DNA from: Ostreococcus lucimarinus
Taxonomy: Eukaryota
NCBI GenBank assembly: GCA_000092065.1
Contig: CP000582.1
Reading direction: 5' to 3' (one strand)
Length of the DNA stretch: 64,000 nucleotides
Shown piece by piece: positions 20,684 to 29,555 of the stretch. Position 1 is the stretch's first letter. The number at the start of each line of letters is the position of its first letter. The translations under genes and the position numbers were made by a program. The notes beneath the pieces are model-generated. The model had not been told where the DNA came from. It saw only the letters and a program-made list of their open reading frames with translations, and did not search any database.

Positions 20684-21985
20684 ATGCTCCCGCTCGTCGC
20701 GCGTCACGCGCGCGTCGCGCGTTCGCTCGAGTCCGACGCGGCCTCGGCGTCGTCGGTCGACGACGACGGCGCGCTCGAGCGCTCGATCGCGCGGAATCGT
20801 CGCGAGAGACGCTCGAGGCGGTTGGATGCGGCGATTCGACCGACGTTTTTTGAGCTCATCGCCGCCGAACGGCTCGCTCCGAGCCTCAAGGGCGCGCTGG
20901 CGTACGCGTTGGGCACGCTGGCGAACGCCGGCGCGCCCGGGTTCGCGCACTACGCGCTCGACCGCGGCGATGAGGTGTTCGCGGCGTTGACGTTTTTGGC
21001 CGAGCTCAAGTCGTTCGCGAGCGGCGACGGGTCGCTCGCGGAGAGCGTGTACGGACTGCAGCGCGTGCCGAGAACGCTGACGGATGCGAGGGTGAGACGC
21101 GATGGAAGGTATAGGATCGATGCGTGGCAGCGAATCATGAGCGCGGCGTTGCTGGCGCTCGGGCCGTACGCGCGGAGCAAGGCGGCGGCGCTGCACGAAA
21201 CGCTCGCGCCCGAGTGTTACTTGGACGCGCGACGACGCGCGCCGCGAGTGTTTGACTCGAATGCGGACGATATGGGGGTGCGTGAGGGCGCGGAGGCGAA
21301 CGCGGCCGCGGTGGTGGCGGCGAGAAACGCGGAGGGAGGCGCGCGGGGCGTCGCGAAGCGGGCGTTCGTCGCGGCGTATCCGGTGGCGAACGCGTTGGTG
21401 GAGGCGGCGACGTTCGTGACTTGGACGGGGTACTTACTCGGACGATGGAACATAAACGATCCAACGTTGATGCTCGTCGATTGTTACGTCGTACGGGCGT
21501 TGCCCTCGGAGCTGGAGGCCAACGCGCGAGAACTCGAGGGGAGTCGACAGCGACAACTCGCCGGCGCGCACGCGTCGAAGAACGCCGCGACGCGCGCGTT
21601 GAGCGTCGGCGCGCTCAAGACGAAGAACTTCGTCATGGACTACGCACAATCAGCGCTCATCGCAGCCGTGATCGGGTTTAAACTCACCGAATGGTGGTAC
21701 GGCGCGGCGGAGGAGCGCGTAGTCAACGCGACAACGCTTCCGGTGCCGCCGCCGCCGCCGCGACCGCCACCGCACCCGAACGGCATTGCACTGCCCGAAA
21801 ACACCGATTTGTGTCCGCTGTGTCGGAAAGTCATTCGTAATCCGGCGGTATTGACGTCTTCTGGATACGTGTTCTGCTACGCCTGTCTCTACGCGCACGT
21901 CGATAGATACGGCGACTGCCCTGTGTCGTGTCATCGCGCCTTCAACGGCGTCGACGACATTCGCCGCATTTACGTGGGCAATTAA
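20684..21985 (+). CDS. PEX12: peroxin-12 (PEX12), peroxisomal RING-finger import protein
   Basis: Track ORF starts at GTG 20594; first ATG 20684. N-terminal Pex12 block PTFFELIAAERLAPSLK; internal WWY...LPVPPPPP; C-terminal degenerate RING CPLCRKVIRNPAVLTSSGYVFCYACLYAHVDRYGDCPVS closely matching human PEX12 ([25 protein letters not shown]...CPIT). Confidence 0.8.
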   Translation: MLPLVARHARVARSLESDAASASSVDDDGALERSIARNRRERRSRRLDAAIRPTFFELIAAERLAPSLKGALAYALGTLANAGAPGFAHYALDRGDEVFAALTFLAELKSFASGDGSLAESVYGLQRVPRTLTDARVRRDGRYRIDAWQRIMSAALLALGPYARSKAAALHETLAPECYLDARRRAPRVFDSNADDMGVREGAEANAAAVVAARNAEGGARGVAKRAFVAAYPVANALVEAATFVTWTGYLLGRWNINDPTLMLVDCYVVRALPSELEANARELEGSRQRQLAGAHASKNAATRALSVGALKTKNFVMDYAQSALIAAVIGFKLTEWWYGAAEERVVNATTLPVPPPPPRPPPHPNGIALPENTDLCPLCRKVIRNPAVLTSSGYVFCYACLYAHVDRYGDCPVSCHRAFNGVDDIRRIYVGN

Positions 21986-22009
21986 TATCGCACGCACGTC
22001 GTCGCGCCT

Positions 22010-22014
22010 TAGCA
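22010..22014 (+). promoter_or_regulatory. UGUAA-like poly(A) signal downstream of PEX12 stop
   Basis: TGTAA about 25 nt after the stop; UGUAA is the established green-algal polyadenylation signal. Similar TGTAA seen after stops at 18804 (about 18816), 42345 (about 42370), 43443 (about 43455) and 56087 (about 56106). Confidence 0.35.
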
Positions 22015-22237
22015 CTAGATGTAAAAACGAAACCGAGCGACGTCGAAGACGAAAACGACTCAACCGCGCGCGCGGATAAACGTGAAATCCAACCGCAAAC
22101 CACACGCTCACATTGAAACCAAAGTTCTTCTCGCCATTAAAACACGCTATTCATCGTTCCTCTCTTCTGCGTCGCTTCGCTACGCGAGAGGATCGACTCT
22201 ACTATACACATCGTCGTCGCGACTGCCCGACGCCCCC

Positions 22238-22573
22238 TTACTTCTTGTTCTTCTTCGCCAGCGCGGCGTAGTACTCCTGCTGCGCGCTTCGATGCTGCCA
22301 GTGATTCCACTTCCAGCCCGCCCCCGCGATTAATCCGAGCGTCATCCCGATCGCGACTTCCTTGTTGAAGTAAATGCGTTGCGCTGGGATGAGGAAAGGT
22401 CGATCGCGTTCGTCAGTCTCTGTGTTTGGATCGTTTAGGTTTGATCGACGGTCGCGCGAGGTTCACGACGCGCGTACGCCGCCGCGACGCGTCTCGCGGG
22501 CGTCAGACGACGATGCGATGTCGCGGTGATCGTTTCGAGACGTACCGATGCCGTGATAGACCGTGTGTGCCAT
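22238..22573 (-). CDS. two-exon mini-gene encoding a 57-aa single-TM protein (MAHTVYHGI|AQRIYFNKEVAIGMTLGLIAGAGWKWNHWQHRSAQQEYYAALAKKNKK); possible small mitochondrial respiratory-complex accessory subunit
   Basis: Not in ORF track. Minus strand: exon 1 22546..22573 (ATG GCA CAC ACG GTC TAT CAC GGC ATC G), donor G|GTACGT, 162-nt intron 22384..22545, acceptor CCTTTCCTCATCCCAG|, exon 2 22238..22383 ending TAA. Phase-1 junction reconstitutes an Ala codon and keeps the frame. Product has one hydrophobic helix and a basic tail; resemblance to COX6C/QCR-type subunits is weak. Confidence 0.45.
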
Positions 22574-22701
22574 CGTGTGCGCGTCGAGATGTGAGGCTGG
22601 CTCGGCGGGTGGTCGGCGGACGCGGCGCTCGCGACAAAGTCGAAGTCAATTTTGTACAACTAAATCATCTCTACACGCGCCAGACGCTCGAAGCGCGTGA
22701 T

Positions 22702-23310
22702 TTATAGCATGCGCAACTTCTTCAGCTTCGCTCGCTCCTTGGCTGACTTCTTGGCGATCGTCTTCGGGTTGGTTATCTCGCTCACGATGCCGACGCCCGT
22801 GCGTCGCGTATTCTCCTCCTTTAATAATTTCTTCGCCTCCCGTCGCTCGCGTTCGGCGCGAATCTTCGCCCCTCGCGCCGCCTTCGCGTTCGATTTCGCC
22901 TCCTGGAACCGCTTTTTCTCCTCCTTCTCTCGCATGCGGTCGTCCCAGGTTTTCGTCGACGGCGCCGCGCCAAGCGCCGACGCTCGCTTCGCCGGTTGTT
23001 TCCACATTCGTCCCGATTTCCGTCCAGCGATCGAGTCGTACGTCGCTTTCGGCGCCTTGTAGTTTCGATACAGTTCTCCGTCGACCATCTCTTCGTCCTC
23101 GCCGCCCTCGTTCGTCGCGGCGTCGTCGCTTTCGCGTTTTCTTTTCCCGTGTTTGACCGTCTTCGTGATGCCGCGATGGTCGACGCCGCTGCGGAAGACT
23201 TCCTGCGCGGGGACGTTCGCGCTCGCGTCCGCGTCGCCATCGGCGCGTTTTCTCGCGTCCGCGAGCTCGACGTCGACGACGACGCGACGCGCGCGTCGGG
23301 CGCCGGCCAT
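22702..23310 (-). CDS. Cgr1/CCDC86-family nucleolar protein
   Basis: ATG at 23310 (minus). Conserved core SGRMWKQPAKRAS...WDDRMREKEEKKRFQEAK...IRAERERREAKKLLKEE matching Cgr1 GKPWKVAKSAFR...EQRQKERLEKQQIKARE pattern; Lys/Glu-rich. Confidence 0.55.
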   Translation of the reverse strand: MAGARRARRVVVDVELADARKRADGDADASANVPAQEVFRSGVDHRGITKTVKHGKRKRESDDAATNEGGEDEEMVDGELYRNYKAPKATYDSIAGRKSGRMWKQPAKRASALGAAPSTKTWDDRMREKEEKKRFQEAKSNAKAARGAKIRAERERREAKKLLKEENTRRTGVGIVSEITNPKTIAKKSAKERAKLKKLRML

Positions 23311-23385
23311 CGCGTCTGGATGTGCGGCGGCGGCTGCGAGTGTTTCACACTTTCACACTGTTTACACATGTGGATCCATTCGACG

Positions 23386-24378
23386 CTAGCAATCGACGTT
23401 AAACGCGACGGAGACGCGCAGGACGGCGTCCGACGGGTGCTCGTCCGCGTCGTTCGACGGTTTTATCGCGCCGTCGGGGCGAGGAAACGCGCTCACGGCG
23501 TGAAGCGCGGCGCCGGAAAATAGAACGAGGTCGCCGACGCGCGGCGAGTGCGCAAAGTATCGCGACGGAGACGGCGACGAAGACGACGCCGACGCGCGGA
23601 CGCCGAGACATCCCGCGTCGATGGGGACATCGGTGGTGTTGGATAGATCGGGCACGGCGAGGTAAAGCACGCCGCTCCAACGATCGGCGCTGTCGTGCGC
23701 GTGGAGTTTGTTGAAGTCGCCCGGCGCGTTGACGTTGAGCCAACCGTACACGTCTCGCGAACACACGTCCTCGCGTTGCGCGCTCGTGCGCACGCGTGCG
23801 TACGCTTCGAGCGCGATGGCAGTAACGCTCGTCCACGTGGTGGGTCGCAGACGCGCGCGCGTCGGCGCGCCGGCGGCGGTATCGCTCGCGCCGGCGGCGG
23901 AACGGGAAGCGCCGGCGTCGTCGCCGCCACCGCCGCCAGCCGCGTCGTCGTTCTCTGAATCTGAATCTGATGAATCTAATAAATCCGCGTAGCTCTGATA
24001 GCCCCCACGGTTCGAGCGCACGACGGACACGTCGCTCCCCGGGCCCGGCACCGGGTCGCCGAGCGACCGCGCGGCGTCCTCGCGTCCGCGACGAAACTTG
24101 CGCAGCCCGAGCGGCACCAGATCACGCACCAACGCCTCGCGCGCGTCGTTCGTCAGCGTGAATACGTGCACGACGTCTGCGTCGGCCGCCGGGCTCGACG
24201 TCGACGCCTCGGCGATGTCGTAGGCGTCGTGCGTTTGGAAAAAGCTGTCCCGGTCGAACACTTTTTGGCCGTCGTTGAGCGGCCGTGGACGCGCCGTGGA
24301 TGCGTCGATGCGCGCGAGGGTGGCGATGTCGACCGCGTGTACGCCGTCGGCGGCCGCTATCAGCGTCGGGAGGTTCAT
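23386..24378 (-). CDS. hypothetical protein, possibly cupin/2OG-Fe(II) oxygenase-like
   Basis: ATG at 24378 (minus). Motif GWLNVNAPGDFNKLHAHDSADRWSGVLYL and distal LVLFSGAALHAV resemble the His-rich metal site of TIGR02466-type 2OG oxygenase-like proteins, from memory only. Acidic low-complexity insert (DSSDSDSENDD). Confidence 0.3.
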   Translation of the reverse strand: MNLPTLIAAADGVHAVDIATLARIDASTARPRPLNDGQKVFDRDSFFQTHDAYDIAEASTSSPAADADVVHVFTLTNDAREALVRDLVPLGLRKFRRGREDAARSLGDPVPGPGSDVSVVRSNRGGYQSYADLLDSSDSDSENDDAAGGGGGDDAGASRSAAGASDTAAGAPTRARLRPTTWTSVTAIALEAYARVRTSAQREDVCSRDVYGWLNVNAPGDFNKLHAHDSADRWSGVLYLAVPDLSNTTDVPIDAGCLGVRASASSSSPSPSRYFAHSPRVGDLVLFSGAALHAVSAFPRPDGAIKPSNDADEHPSDAVLRVSVAFNVDC

Positions 24379-24468
24379 GACGCGCGCGCGAGACGACGAC
24401 GACGACGACTGCAGCGCTCGAGCTTTCGTTGTTGGTTATTAAAGTCGCGACTTACGACGACGGTAATT

Positions 24469-25821
24469 TTAGCCTTGGAACCCGACCAAACCTCGACCCT
24501 CGACCGAGGGCGTGTACGCTTGACCACCCTTACTTTTGTTTTTGGCGACTTTGCCCACGAGCTGACGAACGCGACGCTGGTCGGCGGTTTGCGTGCGAGC
24601 TTTGATTTCGCTCGGGTCGATTTCGAGACGCGGCTGCTTGACGTACTGCGTCGACGAACGCTCGGGAACCATGGCGTGGTGGCGGTAACCGCGCTCACCA
24701 TACTTTGGTTCGTCGCTCGCCGCGTCCGCGTTCGTACCGACGTCGGCGGAATGGTCGACAGCGCTCGTCTTGCTCTTTTTCGGGCGACGTTCGTCCGTAT
24801 CGACGGTTTCCCGGCCGACGTGAATATCGCCGTAGTGCGACGAAAGTTCGTACACCGGACGCGACCACTTCTCCACGAGCTTCTTGCACACAGTTCTGTT
24901 TTTTGGCGTCTCTTCCTCGAGCGTGGACAGGAATAGGATGTTTCTACCCAGTCCCGATCGCTTGAGCTCATCCTTGCGTTCGTGCGAATCCGTCGACACG
25001 GGTAACTGCTCGATGAGCTTGATTAAGCTCGTACGTATGGTCAAGTTGGGCAAGTTTCCATCGGGCAACAAGTCTAACCACGCTCGAAGGACGCTCAAGA
25101 GCCCGTGGCGCAAAAATGCTTCGTGCAATTCCACCATTTTCAACTTGCGTTCCACCTCCGGCAAGAGCTTCAACTTCTTCACCGCCGGCTTCCCCGCGGC
25201 GTACGCCCGCGCGTCTTCCTCCACCGCGATCTCCATCTTGGACAAAAAGTCTAACACCTCCATTCTCGCCGTCTCATCGCTCTTCTTTCTGCGCTTCCCC
25301 TTCCCGCCCGGCGCGAACAACTTTTCCAATTCGTCGTCGCTCTCCTCCGCCTCGCTCGCGTACCCAACCTTCCCATCCTCATCGTCCGACATATTCGCCC
25401 ATTTATCCTTATCCGCCACTCCATCGTCATCGATGAACGCGTCGTCCTCCGCCGTTCGCGGCGCGACGTACTCCTCGTTCTGTATGGCGTCGAAATCGAC
25501 GCCGCCGTCGTCCCGTCCCCGGCTCTTACCCTCGCGTCCCCCCTTTCCTCGTTCCTTCTCTTTCCGCCCTCGCTGTTTCTTCGCCTTCAACCGTCGCAGC
25601 GCCGCGTCGTCCTCGTCGTCGTCGTCCTCGTCGTCCGCGACGCGTCCGCGCGCCTTCCCCGCGTCGTTCGCGTCGTCATCGTCTTCGTCGTCCGATCCAA
25701 ACAGATTCGCCAGCACCTCCTTCTTCGCGTCCTCGCTCGCGCGTTCGCCGTCGCTCGCGCGCGGCGCGTTCGCGTCGTCGCTCGCGCCGTCGCGCGGCGC
25801 GTTCGCGTCGCTCGCCGCCAT
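24469..25821 (-). CDS. IWS1: IWS1/Spn1 transcription elongation factor (TFIIS-N-like domain)
   Basis: Track ORF 24469..26643 is Arg-rich junk upstream of codon 275; ATG at 25821 gives MAASDANAPRDG... Acidic N-terminus, then conserved IWS1 domain LRAWLDLLPDGNLPNLTIRTSLIKLIEQLPV...LKRSGLGRNILFL...CKKLVEKWSRPVY. Confidence 0.7.
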   Translation of the reverse strand: MAASDANAPRDGASDDANAPRASDGERASEDAKKEVLANLFGSDDEDDDDANDAGKARGRVADDEDDDDEDDAALRRLKAKKQRGRKEKERGKGGREGKSRGRDDGGVDFDAIQNEEYVAPRTAEDDAFIDDDGVADKDKWANMSDDEDGKVGYASEAEESDDELEKLFAPGGKGKRRKKSDETARMEVLDFLSKMEIAVEEDARAYAAGKPAVKKLKLLPEVERKLKMVELHEAFLRHGLLSVLRAWLDLLPDGNLPNLTIRTSLIKLIEQLPVSTDSHERKDELKRSGLGRNILFLSTLEEETPKNRTVCKKLVEKWSRPVYELSSHYGDIHVGRETVDTDERRPKKSKTSAVDHSADVGTNADAASDEPKYGERGYRHHAMVPERSSTQYVKQPRLEIDPSEIKARTQTADQRRVRQLVGKVAKNKSKGGQAYTPSVEGRGLVGFQG

Positions 25822-25860
25822 CGCGCGCGTCGCGCGTCGACGTGTGCCGACGCGCGCCAG

Positions 25861-26694
25861 ATGCCGCCGCGCGTCGTCTCGCTCGCGCGCGCGCGCGGCG
25901 TCGCGCGACGCGCGCGTCGACCGAGCCCGCGAGCGACGACGATCGCGCGGCGCGCGGCGCGCGCGGGAGGCGCGCCGCGCGCGGCGATGAGAGACTCGGC
26001 GACGTCGACGCGCGCGCACTGGGCGAGCCCAGAGATTCGAAGATTTCGACGCCTGGACGCCGAGACGCGCGCGTCGGAGGCGAGCGAACCCGCGGTGGTG
26101 TTCGTCGGATCGAGCATCTTCCGCGAGTGGCGCGAGGTGCGAGATTTCGAGGAGGATTGGCGAGGGCGGATGGGCGACGCGCGGCGCGCGGTCAACAGAG
26201 CCTTCGGCGGCGCGGAGACGACGGATTTGTTGACGTTTTTCGACGACGTCCTGCCGAGGGGGCGCGCGGACGTGAGGGCGATCGTGTATTACTGTGGCTC
26301 GAACGACGTGAGCGTCGGGAGGTCGGCGCGGGAGGTGTTTGAAAATTTTAAGCGATTCGCGGAGTCGGCGAGACGCGAACGATCGGCGAGACTGGGCGTC
26401 GTCTTCGTCGGAATGATCGACTCGCCGCAGAAGAGGGCGTTTGCGTTGAGTCACGTGGTGCGCGAGACGAACGCGTTGTGTGAGGCGTGGTGTGCGAAAA
26501 CGCCGGGGGCGGTGTACGCGGACGTGACGGAAACGTTCGCGGACGCGTCGTCGTTTCGAGAAGACGGCACGCATTTGCGACCCGAGGCGTACGACGGCTT
26601 TCGCGACGCCATCGCGAGGGCGGTCGTCGAAGCCGTGGCGCACGCGTCGCCGCCGCCGGACGACGCGTTTCTCCCACCCGCGATGCGGCGATAG
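25861..26694 (+). CDS. SGNH/GDSL-family hydrolase (PAF-acetylhydrolase-IB-like esterase) with N-terminal presequence
   Basis: ATG at 25861 (alternative 25987). Block I VVFVGSSIF (GDS-like with Ser nucleophile), block III YYCGSNDV, block V EDGTHLRPEAY (catalytic D..H). Confidence 0.65.
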   Translation: MPPRVVSLARARGVARRARRPSPRATTIARRAARAGGAPRAAMRDSATSTRAHWASPEIRRFRRLDAETRASEASEPAVVFVGSSIFREWREVRDFEEDWRGRMGDARRAVNRAFGGAETTDLLTFFDDVLPRGRADVRAIVYYCGSNDVSVGRSAREVFENFKRFAESARRERSARLGVVFVGMIDSPQKRAFALSHVVRETNALCEAWCAKTPGAVYADVTETFADASSFREDGTHLRPEAYDGFRDAIARAVVEAVAHASPPPDDAFLPPAMRR

Positions 26695-26742
26695 CGACGG
26701 GCACGCGCAGTCATAAAAGCGTTGTATAACAGTGTAGTTTGT

Positions 26743-27318
26743 TCACCACGAGCCGACGTTGGGCATCGACGCCCACGGTTCGCGCGCCTCGAGCGGCTCG
26801 CCTTTTTGCAAAATCTCCACCGAGATCCCGTCCGGCGATTTCACGAACATCATCTTCCCGTCGTGCGGCGGCCGTAAAATCTCAATCCCGGCGTCTCGAA
26901 GCTCCGTCGCCTTCGCGAAAATATCGTCGACCGCGTAGGCCAAATGCCCCATCGAACGCGAAGGCGGCGCGAACTCCTCGGGGTCCCAATTATGCGTGAT
27001 CTCGATCTCCGGCGCCCCCGGCGCGGACGCCATGAACACCAACGTGAACCGACCGTTCTCCGAAGACTTTCTTCGCGTCTCTCGAAGCCCGATCGCGCGG
27101 AAAAACCGCATCGTTCGCTCCAAATCGCTCGCTCGAACCATGGCGTGCAAAAACGTCACGTCGCCATCCTTGGGAAGCGAGTTATACGTGTCCGGCGGTA
27201 GGTACGACGAGATCGACGCCTCGGCGGTGGGCATGATTCGTTTTCGAGCGCGCGCGCGTCGCGCGGCGGCGAGAGAAGGCGCGATGAAGTCGGGCAGACG
27301 CGTCCCGCACCGCGCCAT
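26743..27318 (-). CDS. GLO1: lactoylglutathione lyase (glyoxalase I, small bacterial-type) with N-terminal extension
   Basis: ATG at 27318 (alternative Met at 27237). Aligns with E. coli GloA: FLHAMVRASDLERTMRFF (MRLLHTMLRVGDLQRS), ITHNWD (LTYNWG), GHLAYAVDDI (GHIALSVDN), FVKSPDGISVEILQ (FVEDPDGYKIELIE). Confidence 0.8.
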   Translation of the reverse strand: MARCGTRLPDFIAPSLAAARRARARKRIMPTAEASISSYLPPDTYNSLPKDGDVTFLHAMVRASDLERTMRFFRAIGLRETRRKSSENGRFTLVFMASAPGAPEIEITHNWDPEEFAPPSRSMGHLAYAVDDIFAKATELRDAGIEILRPPHDGKMMFVKSPDGISVEILQKGEPLEAREPWASMPNVGSW

Positions 27319-27350
27319 CGCGCGCCGCGCAGTGACGCGCGCGCGCCGCC

Positions 27351-28139
27351 ATGACGCGCGCGGTCGGCGCGCGAGCGCCCGTGCGCGTCGTCGCGTCGGG
27401 ACGAAGGACCGCGCCGTCGACGCGCCGCGTCGCGATCGGCGTCGGCGCGAGCGCGGCGCTGGCGCTCGGCGCGAATTTCTTAGGCGTGACCTCGAGGACG
27501 CTCACGGCGTTCGCGCCGGAGTTCGCGCGAGCGAAGCGGCTGGACGCGCTGTTTCCCGTCGACGGCTTCGCGCGGTGCTACGCGCCGCGCGCGGGGTACG
27601 AATTCGTGGTCCCGATGGACTGGTTGGTGGACCAGACGGTGACGCTGCGAAACGCGCGGCGAGGGGTCGAGTCGCTGGACCCGCCGGAGTTGCGCAAGGG
27701 ACGGGCGAGGGAGGTGAGCGAACCGGACGCGGCGTACGGACCGCGAGGGACGTCGGGCGAGGAGAACGTGTCCGTGATTCGATCATCCGTGCCGAGAGGA
27801 TTCGATTTGAGCGTGTTCGGCGACGCGAATCGACAGGCGGAGTGGTTGCTGGCGAACGTGCTGGCGAAACCGGGGAGCGGGAAGACGGGAGAATTGTTAT
27901 CTGCGAGTCAGCGAAAAGGATCGAACGGAACGGTGTACTATACGTTTGAGTACACGATTCGAAAGGGCGACGGCGCGGCGCCGGATGGGTGGTTCAGACA
28001 CAACATCGGCGTGTTCGCGGTTCGCGGGGATCAGTTGTACACGTTCGTGGCGCAGATTCCCGAAGAGCGATGGCCTAAGATGAAGGAAACGTTTTTCGCC
28101 ATGGCCGAGTCGTTTCGCGTCTTCGTCCCGAGCGGATGA
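27351..28139 (+). CDS. PsbP-domain protein (PsbP-like/PPD, thylakoid lumen) with twin-arginine-type transit sequence
   Basis: ATG at 27351. Presequence with RR followed by hydrophobic stretch (SGRRTAPSTRRVAIGVGASAALALGA). PsbP-domain blocks NVSVIRSSVP, NGTVYYTFEYTI, HNIGVFAVRGDQLYTFVAQIPEERW. Confidence 0.75.
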   Translation: MTRAVGARAPVRVVASGRRTAPSTRRVAIGVGASAALALGANFLGVTSRTLTAFAPEFARAKRLDALFPVDGFARCYAPRAGYEFVVPMDWLVDQTVTLRNARRGVESLDPPELRKGRAREVSEPDAAYGPRGTSGEENVSVIRSSVPRGFDLSVFGDANRQAEWLLANVLAKPGSGKTGELLSASQRKGSNGTVYYTFEYTIRKGDGAAPDGWFRHNIGVFAVRGDQLYTFVAQIPEERWPKMKETFFAMAESFRVFVPSG

Positions 28140-28190
28140 GAGGACGACGCGCCGTGTATCGTAATAGTAGAATGTTTGATAAAAAATCAG

Positions 28191-29210
28191 CTATGTTGTG
28201 CTACGCACGGCTTCGGCGACCTCGGACGCGAAATCTTTCTCCTCCACGTCGATGCCTTCGCCGACTTTCATCCGAGTGAAGGCGATGAGTTCACCGCCCT
28301 CAGCCTTGACCGCTTTGCCCACGGTGACGGAGTCGTCCAGGACAAACTTTTGATTCTCCAGGCACACTTCTTCGTAAAACTTATTCATGCGACCGGCGAG
28401 AATTTTTTCCACGATATTCGCGGGCTTTCCGCTGCCTTCGGTCTGCGAGCGATACACCGCCATCTCGCGCTCGTACACGTCGTTCGGCACGCAATCGCCG
28501 CGCAAATACGCCGGCGCGCTCGCGACGACGTGCATCGCGAGCTTATTCGCGAAATCCACGCTCACGCCCTTCGCGACGACGCACGCCGCCTGTCGTCCGA
28601 CGCCCGGCGCCAGCGCACCGTGCACGTACGTCCCGATCACCTCCTCCGATCCCGCCGTCGCCGCGTACGCCGCCGCCCTCCGCACCCGCACGTTCTCCCG
28701 CACGCTCACCGCCGTCTCCCTCGCCATCTCCCCCAGCGTCTTCCCGCTCGTCGTTCGCATCGCTCCCAACCGTTCCTCGCTCAACTCCGTCACCCGTCCA
28801 TCGACGATCGTCCCGCATTCGCTCGCGAACGCCGCGTCCTCGTCCAGCCGCGTCGCCGTCGCCGTCGCCGCCGCTCGCGCCAACGCCCGAAACGTCTCGT
28901 TCCTCGCCACGAAATCCGTCTCCGAGTTCACCTCCGCGATCGCGCACGTCCACGCGCCGTTCGCGCGCGCCGTCGTCGCGCACACGACGCCGTCCGCGGA
29001 CGCGCGGTGCGCTTTTTTCGCCGCCGCCGCGAGTCCGCTCGCGCGAAGATGATCGAGCGCGGCTTCGGCGTCGTAATCGTGCGCGGCGAGCGCGTTTTTG
29101 ACGTCCACGATCGGCGCGCCCGTGCGCTCGCGAAGGCGTTTGACGGCGCCGAGCTTATCGGCGCCCGCGGCGGACGCGAACGCGCGGCGAAGCGGGACGA
29201 GCGCGCGCAT
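28191..29210 (-). CDS. elongation factor Ts, organellar (mitochondrial-type)
   Basis: ATG at 29210 (minus). MRALVPLRRAFAS presequence. UBA-like EF-Ts N-terminus LVKRLRERTGAPIVDVKNALAAHDYDAEAALDHLRASG; two EF-Ts dimerisation repeats further downstream. Confidence 0.8.
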   Translation of the reverse strand: MRALVPLRRAFASAAGADKLGAVKRLRERTGAPIVDVKNALAAHDYDAEAALDHLRASGLAAAAKKAHRASADGVVCATTARANGAWTCAIAEVNSETDFVARNETFRALARAAATATATRLDEDAAFASECGTIVDGRVTELSEERLGAMRTTSGKTLGEMARETAVSVRENVRVRRAAAYAATAGSEEVIGTYVHGALAPGVGRQAACVVAKGVSVDFANKLAMHVVASAPAYLRGDCVPNDVYEREMAVYRSQTEGSGKPANIVEKILAGRMNKFYEEVCLENQKFVLDDSVTVGKAVKAEGGELIAFTRMKVGEGIDVEEKDFASEVAEAVRSTT

Positions 29211-29555
29211 GGGACGCGCGACCGGGTGTGCGGTGAGGCCAAAGATTCAAACGTTACAATTTCGCTACATCGACGTCGCTCGCGTCGTCCGTCGACGCGC
29301 GTCGTCGGCCGGGTCGTTTTTGTCGACCGCGCGACCCGTCCTGGGCGGTGAGACTGGTGAGACGGTTCGACTGATGAGACTGGTTGTGATGTGCATACCA
29401 ATCGTCGCCGACGAGACCGATTCGCGCGATCGGCGAAGAGGGTTAATTACGAATAGTATTGGACGAGTTCGATGTGCTCATCGAGTGAAGGCGGCGGATT
29501 CCTCGCCGGCGAGTTCCTCGGCGCGCGGCGCGCTCGAGCGCGCGCGCGCGGTGGG

